In this document: positions 18,499 through 26,647 of the stretch, piece after piece
How positions within the stretch are numbered: position 1 is the stretch's first letter
Layout: every line of letters starts with the position of its first letter
Sequence record: SRR22947727_3973
Reading direction: 5' to 3' (one strand)
DNA length: 33,849 nt
Notes under the pieces: model-generated
The model's input: the letters and a program-made list of their open reading frames with translations, nothing else
Told to the model about the DNA's origin: nothing
The model's database searches: none
Position numbers and translations under genes: made by a program

Positions 18499-18951
18499 CT
18501 AGGGGGAGCTGCCCCAGTTGGTCAAGTAATCTGACCCAACAGCCCGAGCCACCGCCGAAGCAATCGGCATCGGTAACGTCGCAACAGGCACTGAAGCCGC
18601 GTCGCTTAATACCCGCGCCAAATCGAGCAAGCGTTTACGCTGATGCTCAGGGATCGCATAATAGCACCGTATCAAATCTAAAGCTTCTTTATCTTCTAAA
18701 ATATTTTTCTTCTGGGCTTTGTCATCGTCGATCTCGCCCAGACCTTCAAAGAAAAAAGTCACCGGCACATCCATGGCTTCTGAAATATCCCAAAGCCGAG
18801 ATCCGCTGATCCGGTTGGTGCCGGTTTCATATTTTTGAATCTGTTGAAATTTAATACCTACTTTTTCGGCCAATTGCTGTTGGGTCATTCCGAACAGCCA
18901 TCGCCTTTGTCGCACACGTTATCCGACGTGTAGATCGACAGGATGTTTCAT
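18499..18951 (-). pseudogene. XRE-family HTH transcriptional regulator with an in-frame TAA at codon 11 (pseudogene, truncated allele or sequencing error)
   Basis: AGGAG SD then MKHPVDLHVG*RVRQRRWLFGMTQQQLAEKVGIKFQQIQKYETGTNRIS; the stop is at 18919-18921. Confidence 0.8.
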
Positions 18952-19057
18952 CCTCGTCTCCTAATGTTGTCCAAGCCACAGAAAAATATCAATATATGTG
19001 GCTGGTCTGACATACTTTTGTATAGCACAGAAACTATTTCAAAAATAAACTAGAAAA

Positions 19058-19072
19058 TTAACGATTTATTAA
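19058..19072. promoter_or_regulatory. CtrA-binding box
   Basis: Exact TTAA-N7-TTAA (TTAACGATTTATTAA) in the AT-rich divergent intergenic region. Confidence 0.55.
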
Positions 19073-19268
19073 TAAATTGTAATTTCGCGTTCTGTGACCT
19101 CGCGACTCTCACGCGCGAAATGATATCTGACTTGCCATTTTTTCAAAAATATCACCTTTTTTATTGGCAAATATTCACCTGAGTGACGGCGTAGTTTCGC
19201 GGCTGGAACTTCCAACAGCGGGCGCCTATAAAAGGTAAAATGGTTAACAAACAAGGTGATTTCAGCCC

Positions 19269-20234
19269 ATGCGCGCCCTTCAAGTCCAAGACCACAGCGA
19301 AAAACCTGTCTTTTTAGACAGGTCCATGCCCACGCTCGCTGCGAATCAAATTCTCATTCGCACAGCAGCCTGTGCTTTGAATTTCGCAGATCTGTTGATG
19401 ATTCGCGGCACTTATCAGGAGACCCCTGCCCTCCCCTTCACCCTTGGCATGGAAGTGGCGGGCGAGGTCGCAGGTCTCGGCGCTGAGGTGACTGGCTTTG
19501 AGATCGGCGATCGCGTTGCAGGATTTGCCGGCTCTGGCGGTTTGGCCGAATATTGCCCGCTCGAGGCCACGCGCTGCTTAAAGCTTACCGATGGCATGAG
19601 CTTTGACACAGCCGCCTCCGCATTGATCAGCTATGGAACGTCGCATCTGGCCCTGACTCATCGCGCAAAACTCACCTCCGCCGACACTCTATTGGTGCTC
19701 GGCGCGGGTGGCGGTGTGGGGTTGACCGCGGTGGAAATTGGCGCTGCCCTTGGCGCAAGGGTCATCGCTGTGGCGCGCGGGCCAAAAAAATTACAAGTGT
19801 GCAAAGACCGAGGCGCGACCATCACCATTGACAGCGCAGAGGAAGATGTCGTGGCCAAGGTCAAATCTCTGGGCGGCGTCGATGTGGTTTATGATCCGGT
19901 TGGTGGGGATCCCTTTGTCGCTGCACTCAAATGTTGCCGGCCCGAGGCGCGCTATCTGGTCATCGGCTTTGCCAGCGGTGATGTCCCGCAAATCAAAGCC
20001 AATCATCTCCTGGTCAAAAATGTGGATGTTTTGGGTTTTTATTGGGGTGGATATATGGGGTTTGCCCCACAGGTTTTGCTCCATAGCCTTAGGGATGTAT
20101 TTGCAATGATCTCAAAGGGGCAGCTCAATCCTCATATCGGCGGCAGCTATGATTTTGACCAAGCGCTAGAGGCATTGGCCGATCTTAAAGCGCGAAAATC
20201 CATCGGTAAGCTTGTGGTGCGGGGCCCGGTTTAA
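19269..20234 (+). CDS. NADPH:quinone oxidoreductase (MDR/zeta-crystallin family)
   Basis: LNFADL, GTYQ, GMEVAG, GAGGGVG, VYDPVGG and GFASG motifs. Confidence 0.93.
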   Translation: MRALQVQDHSEKPVFLDRSMPTLAANQILIRTAACALNFADLLMIRGTYQETPALPFTLGMEVAGEVAGLGAEVTGFEIGDRVAGFAGSGGLAEYCPLEATRCLKLTDGMSFDTAASALISYGTSHLALTHRAKLTSADTLLVLGAGGGVGLTAVEIGAALGARVIAVARGPKKLQVCKDRGATITIDSAEEDVVAKVKSLGGVDVVYDPVGGDPFVAALKCCRPEARYLVIGFASGDVPQIKANHLLVKNVDVLGFYWGGYMGFAPQVLLHSLRDVFAMISKGQLNPHIGGSYDFDQALEALADLKARKSIGKLVVRGPV

Positions 20235-20304
20235 CCTATAGGCCGTCATTTTTAAGGCATTCGGCAGAAATTGCAGAATTTTAGCTGCAATTCTTGCGGT
20301 TTCC

Positions 20305-20333
20305 CTTGAAATTTCACCCCATAAGCCCGATAT
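20305..20333 (+). promoter_or_regulatory. Putative RpoH (sigma32) promoter of the BI-1/YccA gene
   Basis: CTTGAA-N16-CCGATAT. Confidence 0.5.
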
Positions 20334-20383
20334 TCAACCCAACGGCGCTTCGCGCGCCGAAAGCGTTATTTTTGGAGAGCAAC

Positions 20384-21163
20384 ATGGCAGATTTTAATAC
20401 GATTTCCGCAAATGCAGGCAGTCGCAGCGCCGCGATTGATGCCGGCCTGAGGGCACATATGAACAAAGTCTATGGCACAATGTCCATTGGCATGGTGATC
20501 ACCGCCGTTGCCGCTTGGGCCATTGCCGGCCTGGCCACGACGACAGATGCCAACATGGCCGCAGCGCAATTGCCAAATGGCAAATTGCTCACCAGCTTTG
20601 GTTTGGTGATTTACACCACTTGGTTGAAATATGTCATTATGCTGGCTCCGCTTGCGGTGCTGTTCTTGGGCATGGGCACAGTGATGCGCAGGGCCAGCGC
20701 AGCCGGGGCGCAACTGTTCTTCTTTATCTTCGCCACTTTGATCGGCTTGTCCCTCAGCTCAATCTTCATTCGCTATACAGGACATTCGATCACGCAAACC
20801 TTCCTCGTGACCGCCATCGCTTTTGCGGGCCTGTCCCTATATGGTTACACAACCAAGAAAGACATCTCCGGTTGGGGCAGCTTTCTAATCATGGGCGTCA
20901 TTGGTCTCGTAGTTGCGATGATCGTCAACATTTTCCTGCAATCGCCTGCGCTCTTGTTTGCGATCTCAGCAATTGGTGTTTTGGTATTTGCCGGTCTCAC
21001 CGCCTATGACACGCAGAATATCAAGAATGAGTATCTGGCGCACGCCCATCATGGCGATCAAGAGTGGCTCGCCAAATCCGCCATCTTTGGCGCATTGAAC
21101 CTCTATCTTGATTTCTTGAACATGTTCCAGTTCCTGCTGATGTTCATGGGCAATAACGAATAA
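20384..21163 (+). CDS. Bax inhibitor-1/YccA family membrane protein
   Basis: Start ATG 20384 after GGAGAG; DAGLRAHMNKVY, YGYTTKKD, AYDTQNIK and LYLDFLN motifs. Confidence 0.93.
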   Translation: MADFNTISANAGSRSAAIDAGLRAHMNKVYGTMSIGMVITAVAAWAIAGLATTTDANMAAAQLPNGKLLTSFGLVIYTTWLKYVIMLAPLAVLFLGMGTVMRRASAAGAQLFFFIFATLIGLSLSSIFIRYTGHSITQTFLVTAIAFAGLSLYGYTTKKDISGWGSFLIMGVIGLVVAMIVNIFLQSPALLFAISAIGVLVFAGLTAYDTQNIKNEYLAHAHHGDQEWLAKSAIFGALNLYLDFLNMFQFLLMFMGNNE

Positions 21164-21189
21164 ACCGGCCCCTTTGGTCGACACAACGC

Positions 21190-21221
21190 ACACCTCGCCA
21201 GACATGGCGGGGTGTTTTTTT
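21190..21221 (+). terminator. Intrinsic terminator of the BI-1/YccA gene
   Basis: ACACCTCGCCA-GACA-TGGCGGGGTGT followed by a T run. Confidence 0.8.
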
Positions 21222-21267
21222 ATGTCCAAGCTGAAACAAACCCGACGGCTGCCTGCCATACACGCAT

Positions 21268-21302
21268 AAAAAAAGGCCGCGCAATTGATTGCACGACCTT
21301 TT
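21268..21302 (-). terminator. Intrinsic terminator of rpmG
   Basis: Minus strand AAAAGGTCGTGCAA-TCAA-TTGCGCGGCCTTTTTTT. Confidence 0.75.
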
Positions 21303-21324
21303 GAAAATTGAAGGGGGCTTTCGC

Positions 21325-21492
21325 CTACTTAATTTTGCCTTCTTTGTATTCAACATGCTTGCGCGCAACCGGGTCATATTTCCGGGCAACCATTTTCTCG
21401 GTCATGGTGCGTGCGTTTTTCTTGGTCACATAAAAGTGGCCAGTGCCCGCGCTGGAATTCAGGCGGATCTTGATTGTGGTTGGCTTCGCCAT
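21325..21492 (-). CDS. rpmG: 50S ribosomal protein L33 (Cys-free type)
   Basis: Hand translation [55 protein letters not shown] (55 aa); AGGAG SD; too short for the ORF track. Confidence 0.97.
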   Translation of the reverse strand: MAKPTTIKIRLNSSAGTGHFYVTKKNARTMTEKMVARKYDPVARKHVEYKEGKIK

Positions 21493-21545
21493 GGTAATTC
21501 TCCTACGGGCGCAGCCTCATGGCCGCATTGATCCTGATCTGTCGG

Positions 21546-21573
21546 CTTTTAACGCCCCCAGCGGTGCTGTCAA
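21546..21573 (-). promoter_or_regulatory. Putative sigma70 promoter of rpmG
   Basis: TTGACA-N16-TAAAAG. Confidence 0.5.
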
Positions 21574-21604
21574 CCGATTCACGTGCTCAAAGCCAGTCAA
21601 ATAT

Positions 21605-21973
21605 GCGCGGGGAGCCTGTAAGCCGGATTTTGTCCAGATCCACGCCGTTGCCAGCGCAATCTTGGGCAATCATTCATCTCGGCGGCCTGTTACCAGGCCC
21701 CTCTAGCTGCCAACCCGAACCTGCGGGGTTGAAACGACCCATATGCGGTTCCTATTTGGCATTGCTCCCGGTGGGGCTTGCCGTGCCACGACTGTTGCCA
21801 GCCGCGCGGTGGGCTTTACCCCACCGTTTCACCATTACCTTGCATGCAAGGCTGTCTCTTCTCTGTGGCGCTATCCCTAGGGTTACCCCCGCCGGGCGTT
21901 ACCCGGCACCGTTGTTTCACGGAGTCCGGACTTTCCTCGAAGGTTGCCCCCCGCGATTGCCCAGCCCCCCGCG
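21605..21973 (-). ncRNA. rnpB: RNase P RNA (bacterial type A)
   Basis: The minus strand has GAGGAAAGTCCGGACTCC near the 5' end and ACAAAATCCGGCTTACAGG at the 3' end, with P1 complementarity (GCGCGGGGGGCT/GGCTCCCCGCGC). Ends are approximate. Confidence 0.96.
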
Positions 21974-21980
21974 CCCGGCC

Positions 21981-22009
21981 GTGTTACGAGGCTTACTGCA
22001 TCGGGTCAA
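21981..22009 (-). promoter_or_regulatory. Putative sigma70 promoter of rnpB
   Basis: TTGACC-N17-TAACAC ending 7 nt before the predicted RNA 5' end. Confidence 0.65.
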
Positions 22010-22100
22010 GCCAACTAAACTAGGGGCGGCCCGCTATAAAACCCAAAATGCCCGCGACATTCTTCAAGCTGACCCCTCCGCAAAACCCTCTTCATAACGC

Positions 22101-22170
22101 CATTTCAACACGAAATGAGGACAGCGCCTGCCGGGGGCCGGCAGGCGCAGCCCAGTGTTGCCACCGGGCA
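22101..22170 (-). repeat. Tandem hairpins including a REP-like palindrome copy
   Basis: CATTTC/GAAATG (22101-22117), perfect 11-bp GCGCCTGCCGG/CCGGCAGGCGC (22124-22148), and GCCCGGTG-GCAA-CACTGGGC (minus strand, 22150-22169). Confidence 0.55.
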
Positions 22171-22230
22171 CAGTTCAATTGCGCCGATCTGTTAATGATT
22201 TCTCCTCAAAGGCGATGACAGAAAATCACC

Positions 22231-22959
22231 CTAGGCTCCCGAGACCGTCGCGGGGTAGCTTTGCGCGAGATCGGATAGGATTTGCAGGTCCTTTTCGCTG
22301 AGTGGGCCTGTAGCCTTGGGGCGGAAACGTTGGCGGAAGGCTTCGAGCAGGCAGTGTTCAGCAGCGGCCCATTCGGGCCTGCGGTAGCCGAACCGCTCGG
22401 CCGCCTCCGCGAAGGGCAGCAGGTGGCTATGGGGCGCGCCACGGTACACGGCGAGGCCCTCCTTGGCCAACTCCTGCCAATCAAACCAGCGCCCAGGGTC
22501 TTGTTTGCGTCCAGGGGCCATGTCGGAGTGGCCAATCACCCCCTGCGCTGAGATGCCCCAGCGCTGCATCACCTCCTTGAGCAAGGATTTGAGCGCTTGC
22601 ATCTGCGCGCTTGAAAAGGCGTGATCGCCCGCGTTGCATAGCTCAATACCGATGGAGGCAGAGTTCACATCTGTGCAGCCGCCCCAGGCGCCTGCACCCG
22701 CATGCCAAGCCCGCTGGGCCTCTGGCACAAGCTGCACGGCCCCGCCGGATTGATCTAGAAAATAATGGGCTGAAACCTCATGGGCCGGATCACTCAACCG
22801 CTCGAGGGCGGCCTGCGCATTTGGCATTGCGGTATAATGGACAACAATCAAGGACGGGGTCACACCGCCCGTGCGCGGTCCAAAGTTCGGCGACAAGCGC
22901 CGCTCTATGGGCAGCAGGCTCAGTTTGCCACCGCCAAGCGAAAGGGCCGCGGATCCCAA
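22231..22959 (-). CDS. N-acetylmuramoyl-L-alanine amidase (AmpD/AmiD-like, amidase_2); start uncertain
   Basis: SPNFGPR, VHYTAM, VSAHY, RAWHAG, NSASIGIE, GHSD and RKQDPG (Zn ligands). Confidence 0.9.
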   Translation of the reverse strand: MGSAALSLGGGKLSLLPIERRLSPNFGPRTGGVTPSLIVVHYTAMPNAQAALERLSDPAHEVSAHYFLDQSGGAVQLVPEAQRAWHAGAGAWGGCTDVNSASIGIELCNAGDHAFSSAQMQALKSLLKEVMQRWGISAQGVIGHSDMAPGRKQDPGRWFDWQELAKEGLAVYRGAPHSHLLPFAEAAERFGYRRPEWAAAEHCLLEAFRQRFRPKATGPLSEKDLQILSDLAQSYPATVSGA

Positions 22960-23453
22960 CCACAGGCAAAGCCATCGCCATCAGGATCCAGACCATAGGC
23001 ATCGCGCTCCGGCCCGCCCTTGGCCAAAAAGTCCTGCTGCGCCTCATCCTTGGAGCGATAGCGATCACAGCCGCCAAAGCTGATGACCTTGAGCCCGGTG
23101 CCGAACCGATTGTAGAGCTGCACCCCGATGGGGTTATTGGTCCGAAGGGCATAATCCACCACATTAGACCGGCGGCCCGGGCGCCGCGGCAGGGCTTGCA
23201 CGTCCATCACAATATATTTTGCCCGATTGGCGGCAATCCGCTCTGCATCACTTTCCACGGTCTGCGCAGTGGCGACGACTTCAAAGTCTTGTTCATTTGA
23301 GATTTGATTGACAGGCGGAGCCTCTTGCGTCGCACCCGGAGCAGTCTCCGTCGCCATCTGGTTGCCTGAGCGGATCACATCGGTCGGAACCGCGCGTTGG
23401 CAACCGCCTATTGCCAAGGCCAGAGCGATTATCACACCATACTTCATCCGCAT
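22920..23453 (-). CDS. Lipoprotein with a C-terminal Excalibur-like Ca-binding motif
   Basis: Lipobox IGG-C18; C-terminal CDRYRSKDEAQ...LDPDGDGFAC. Confidence 0.78.
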   Translation of the reverse strand: MRMKYGVIIALALAIGGCQRAVPTDVIRSGNQMATETAPGATQEAPPVNQISNEQDFEVVATAQTVESDAERIAANRAKYIVMDVQALPRRPGRRSNVVDYALRTNNPIGVQLYNRFGTGLKVISFGGCDRYRSKDEAQQDFLAKGGPERDAYGLDPDGDGFACGWDPRPFRLAVAN

Positions 23454-23494
23454 CTCCTATCGGCCTCGGCCAGCTCAGAACTGGCCAAATGTCT

Positions 23495-24979
23495 CTATCG
23501 CCACCATTGGTTCAGCTTGGCATTGAATCCCAGCGCGTTTTCTAGGGCAAAGGCCGTATTGAGCAGATCCCCCTCTTCCCAAGGCTGGCCGATCAATTGC
23601 AGCCCCAACGGCAGGCCTTTTGAATCCAGCCCCGCTGGCACAGAAATGCCCGGCAGGCCGGCCAAGTTTACCGTCACCGTAAACACATCAAACAAATACA
23701 TCTGGACCGGGTCTGCATCGGCCATTTCGCCCAAGCCAAATGCGGCAGAGGGGGTTGAGGGGGTCAAAATAGCGTCTACCCCTGTGGCGAAGACATCATC
23801 AAAGTCTTTTTTGATCAAAGCGCGCACCCGGCGCGCCCGGTTGTAATAGGCATCATAAAACCCAGCCGAGAGCACATAAGTGCCCACCATCACGCGGCGC
23901 TGCACCTCGGCGCCGAAACCTTCAGCACGGGTTTTTTCATACATTTCTGTGATGCCATCCCCGGCCTCCAACTTTGCCCGATGACCAAAACGCACCCCAT
24001 CATAGCGTGCCAGATTTGACGATGCCTCTGCCGGCGCAATCACATAATAGGCAGGCAGCGCATATTTCGTATGCGGCAGGCTGATATCTTTGACAATCGC
24101 CCCAGCATCGCGCAGCATTTGGCGGCCTTCAGACCACAGGGTCTCCAACGCCTCAGGCATGCCCTCCACCCGGTATTCTTTCGGAATTCCAATGGTTTTC
24201 CCGCGAATATCCCCAGTCAAAGCAGCTTCAAAATTGGGCACAGGCAGGTTCATCGAGGTGCTGTCTTTGGCATCAAAGCCGCACATCGCCTCAAGCATGA
24301 TCGCCGCATCGCGCACATCTTTGGTGATCGGGCCGGCTTGGTCGAGCGAGGAGGCAAAGGCCACAATGCCCCAGCGTGAGCAGCGCCCATAGGTGGGTTT
24401 GATCCCAGTGATGCCTGTGAAGGCCGCGGGCTGGCGAATGGAGCCGCCCGTATCGGTACCGGTCGCCGCCAGACAGGTTTCTGCCGCCACAGCCGCCGCC
24501 GAGCCGCCTGACGAGCCGCCCGGTGTCAAATCGCGCTCATCAACTTTCCAAGGGTTCACCGCATTGCCATAGACGGAGGTTTCATTGGATGAGCCCATGG
24601 CAAATTCATCCATATTCAACTTGCCCACCATAACTGCGCCAGCATCAAACAGCTTTTGCGACACGGTGGATTCGTATTCGGGTTTAAATCCATCCAAAAT
24701 TGCGCTCGCCGCTTGGGTCGCGACGCCCTTGGTGCAAAACAGATCTTTCATGCCAATCGGCAAACCGCACATATCGGGCGCATCACCGGCCTGAATGCGC
24801 GCATCTGCAGCCTTGGCTTGGCTTCGGGCAATCTCTGAGGTGTCATGCACGAAGGCATTCAAAGGCTTGGACGCGGCAACCGCCGCAAGCGAGGCCTCTG
24901 TCAGCTCAACGGCCGTGGTTTCGCCAGCCCGCAGAGCATCGCGGGCACCGGCCAGCGTAAGTTTCATCAAATCAGACAT
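23495..24979 (-). CDS. gatA: Asp/Glu-tRNA amidotransferase subunit A
   Basis: [36 protein letters not shown] and SSNLARYDG motifs. Confidence 0.98.
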   Translation of the reverse strand: MSDLMKLTLAGARDALRAGETTAVELTEASLAAVAASKPLNAFVHDTSEIARSQAKAADARIQAGDAPDMCGLPIGMKDLFCTKGVATQAASAILDGFKPEYESTVSQKLFDAGAVMVGKLNMDEFAMGSSNETSVYGNAVNPWKVDERDLTPGGSSGGSAAAVAAETCLAATGTDTGGSIRQPAAFTGITGIKPTYGRCSRWGIVAFASSLDQAGPITKDVRDAAIMLEAMCGFDAKDSTSMNLPVPNFEAALTGDIRGKTIGIPKEYRVEGMPEALETLWSEGRQMLRDAGAIVKDISLPHTKYALPAYYVIAPAEASSNLARYDGVRFGHRAKLEAGDGITEMYEKTRAEGFGAEVQRRVMVGTYVLSAGFYDAYYNRARRVRALIKKDFDDVFATGVDAILTPSTPSAAFGLGEMADADPVQMYLFDVFTVTVNLAGLPGISVPAGLDSKGLPLGLQLIGQPWEEGDLLNTAFALENALGFNAKLNQWWR

Positions 24980-25266
24980 TATTCCACCACCATCGGCACA
25001 GCAAAAAATCCCTCACGCGCATCGGGCGCATTGGCAAGCACAGCCGCTTGCTGATCGCCGTCGGTCACAGCATCGTCCCGACGGTAAAGCCGTTGCGGCG
25101 TGACAGAGGTCATCGGCTCAACCCCTTCCACATCCACTTCGTTCAACTGTTCAATAAAGCCTAAAATATTGGTGAACTCCTGAGCCAAGGCGGGCAAATC
25201 TGCCTCTTCCACCTTGATCCGAGCGAGCTTGGCCACGCGTCCGGCGGTTTTTGTGTCGATCGACAT
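24979..25266 (-). CDS. gatC: Asp/Glu-tRNA amidotransferase subunit C
   Basis: [21 protein letters not shown] and NAP...FFAVP motifs; 1-nt overlap with gatA. Confidence 0.97.
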   Translation of the reverse strand: MSIDTKTAGRVAKLARIKVEEADLPALAQEFTNILGFIEQLNEVDVEGVEPMTSVTPQRLYRRDDAVTDGDQQAAVLANAPDAREGFFAVPMVVE

Positions 25267-25300
25267 GGGTGATCCTTCACTATTTCAGTTGCTTCTTCGC

Positions 25301-25329
25301 TTACTAACTTGGGATTGGGACCTTGCCAA
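25301..25329 (-). promoter_or_regulatory. Putative sigma70 promoter of gatCA
   Basis: TTGGCA-N17-TAGTAA. Confidence 0.45.
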
Positions 25330-25352
25330 GGGCCCTGGCGGCTGCCCACCCG

Positions 25353-25805
25353 TCACGCGCGTTTTTGCGCGAAAAAACTTTGCAAGAGCGCGGCACAGTC
25401 CTCTTCGGAAATACCGCCAATCACCTCTGGCCTGTGATGGCTTTGCGGATGGGAGAACACGCGCGCGCCATGGTCTGTGCCGCCAGATTTCGGATCCGCA
25501 GCCCCGTAGATCACCCGCGCTATGCGCGCATGGGCCAAAGCTCCGGCACACATGGCGCAGGGCTCAAGTGTGACATAGAGCGTATATCCGGCCAAGCGCT
25601 CTTGCCCCAAAGCCGCCGCAGCGGCCCGTATCGCCAAGATTTCCGCATGGGCCGTCGGGTCGCAATCGCGCCGCGTCCGGTTGCCGGCCTTTGCCACAAT
25701 TTGGCCACGCGCATCGACCAATACCGCCCCCACCGGCACCTCGCCGGCCTCGGCCGCCTGCCGCGCCTCGATTAGGGCCAAATCCATTTGACTGTTAAAA
25801 CCCAT
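25353..25805 (-). CDS. tadA: tRNA adenosine deaminase-like nucleoside deaminase
   Basis: GEVPVGAV, DPTAHAE, TLEPCAMC and DPKSG motifs. Confidence 0.88.
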   Translation of the reverse strand: MGFNSQMDLALIEARQAAEAGEVPVGAVLVDARGQIVAKAGNRTRRDCDPTAHAEILAIRAAAAALGQERLAGYTLYVTLEPCAMCAGALAHARIARVIYGAADPKSGGTDHGARVFSHPQSHHRPEVIGGISEEDCAALLQSFFAQKRA

Positions 25806-25850
25806 TCATCCCCGCTTGGCTTTGCTTTCAACACAGTCTAAGCCGAGCCT

Positions 25851-26633
25851 ATGGCAGATGAAACACCAAAGGGCGATCGGATCGCCAAAGTTTTGGCCCG
25901 CGCAGGCGTGGCCTCACGGCGCGACAGTGAAAAACTGGTTGAAGCGGGCCGCATCAAAGTGAACGGCAAAAAGATATTCAGCCCCGCGCTGAACGTGCAA
26001 GCCAACGATAAGATCGAATTCGACGGCGAACCGATTGAGCCACCCGAAGAGCCCCGGCTTTGGCTCTATCACAAACCCATCGGCCTCGTGACCAGCGCCC
26101 GCGACGAGAAAGGCCGCGAGACAGTCTTCGACAAATTGCCCGAAGGGCTGCCGCGTGTGGTTTCTGTTGGGCGGTTGGATATGAACTCCGAAGGTCTGTT
26201 GCTGCTGACCAATGATGGCGGATTAAAGCGCACGCTTGAGCTGCCCAGCACCGGCTGGACCCGACGCTACCGCGTCCGTATCAAAGGCTATCCGCGTGAA
26301 GGGGCCTTTGAGCCTTTGACCCAAGGCATCACCGTGGAGGGCGAGCGTTTTCAGCCCATGACCATTCAAATGGATCGGCAAACCGGCGCAAACTTTTGGC
26401 TAACCATCGGCCTAAAGGAAGGCAAAAATCGCGAAATTCGCCGGGCGATGGAGTTTTTGGGCTTTACGGTCAACCGTCTCATCCGGATTTCTTACGGTCC
26501 GTTTCAGCTGCGCGACTTGAAGCCCGGCGAGGTGGAAGAGGTCAAACGCCGGGTGCTGGCCGATCAACTGGGGTGGTCGAACAAACCCAAGGTCTTGCCG
26601 CGCAAGTCTCGTGGCCCAAGCCGCAACGCTTAG
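25851..26633 (+). CDS. RsuA/RluB-family pseudouridine synthase with an S4 domain
   Basis: RIAKVLARAGVASRR (S4), HKPIG, VGRLD (catalytic Asp) and EGKNREIRR. Confidence 0.93.
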   Translation: MADETPKGDRIAKVLARAGVASRRDSEKLVEAGRIKVNGKKIFSPALNVQANDKIEFDGEPIEPPEEPRLWLYHKPIGLVTSARDEKGRETVFDKLPEGLPRVVSVGRLDMNSEGLLLLTNDGGLKRTLELPSTGWTRRYRVRIKGYPREGAFEPLTQGITVEGERFQPMTIQMDRQTGANFWLTIGLKEGKNREIRRAMEFLGFTVNRLIRISYGPFQLRDLKPGEVEEVKRRVLADQLGWSNKPKVLPRKSRGPSRNA

Positions 26634-26647
26634 GGCAAAGCGGCCCC

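Noticed and set aside
21519-22097. 192-aa ORF on the + strand
   Set aside because: Antisense to the RNase P RNA gene.
22070-22206. Minus-strand open frame after GAGGAG starting at ATT
   Set aside because: No canonical start codon and the peptide is unremarkable; the region is better explained by its hairpins.
23454-25266. gatB missing next to gatCA
   Set aside because: A split gatCA/gatB arrangement is common in this group and is not evidence of loss.
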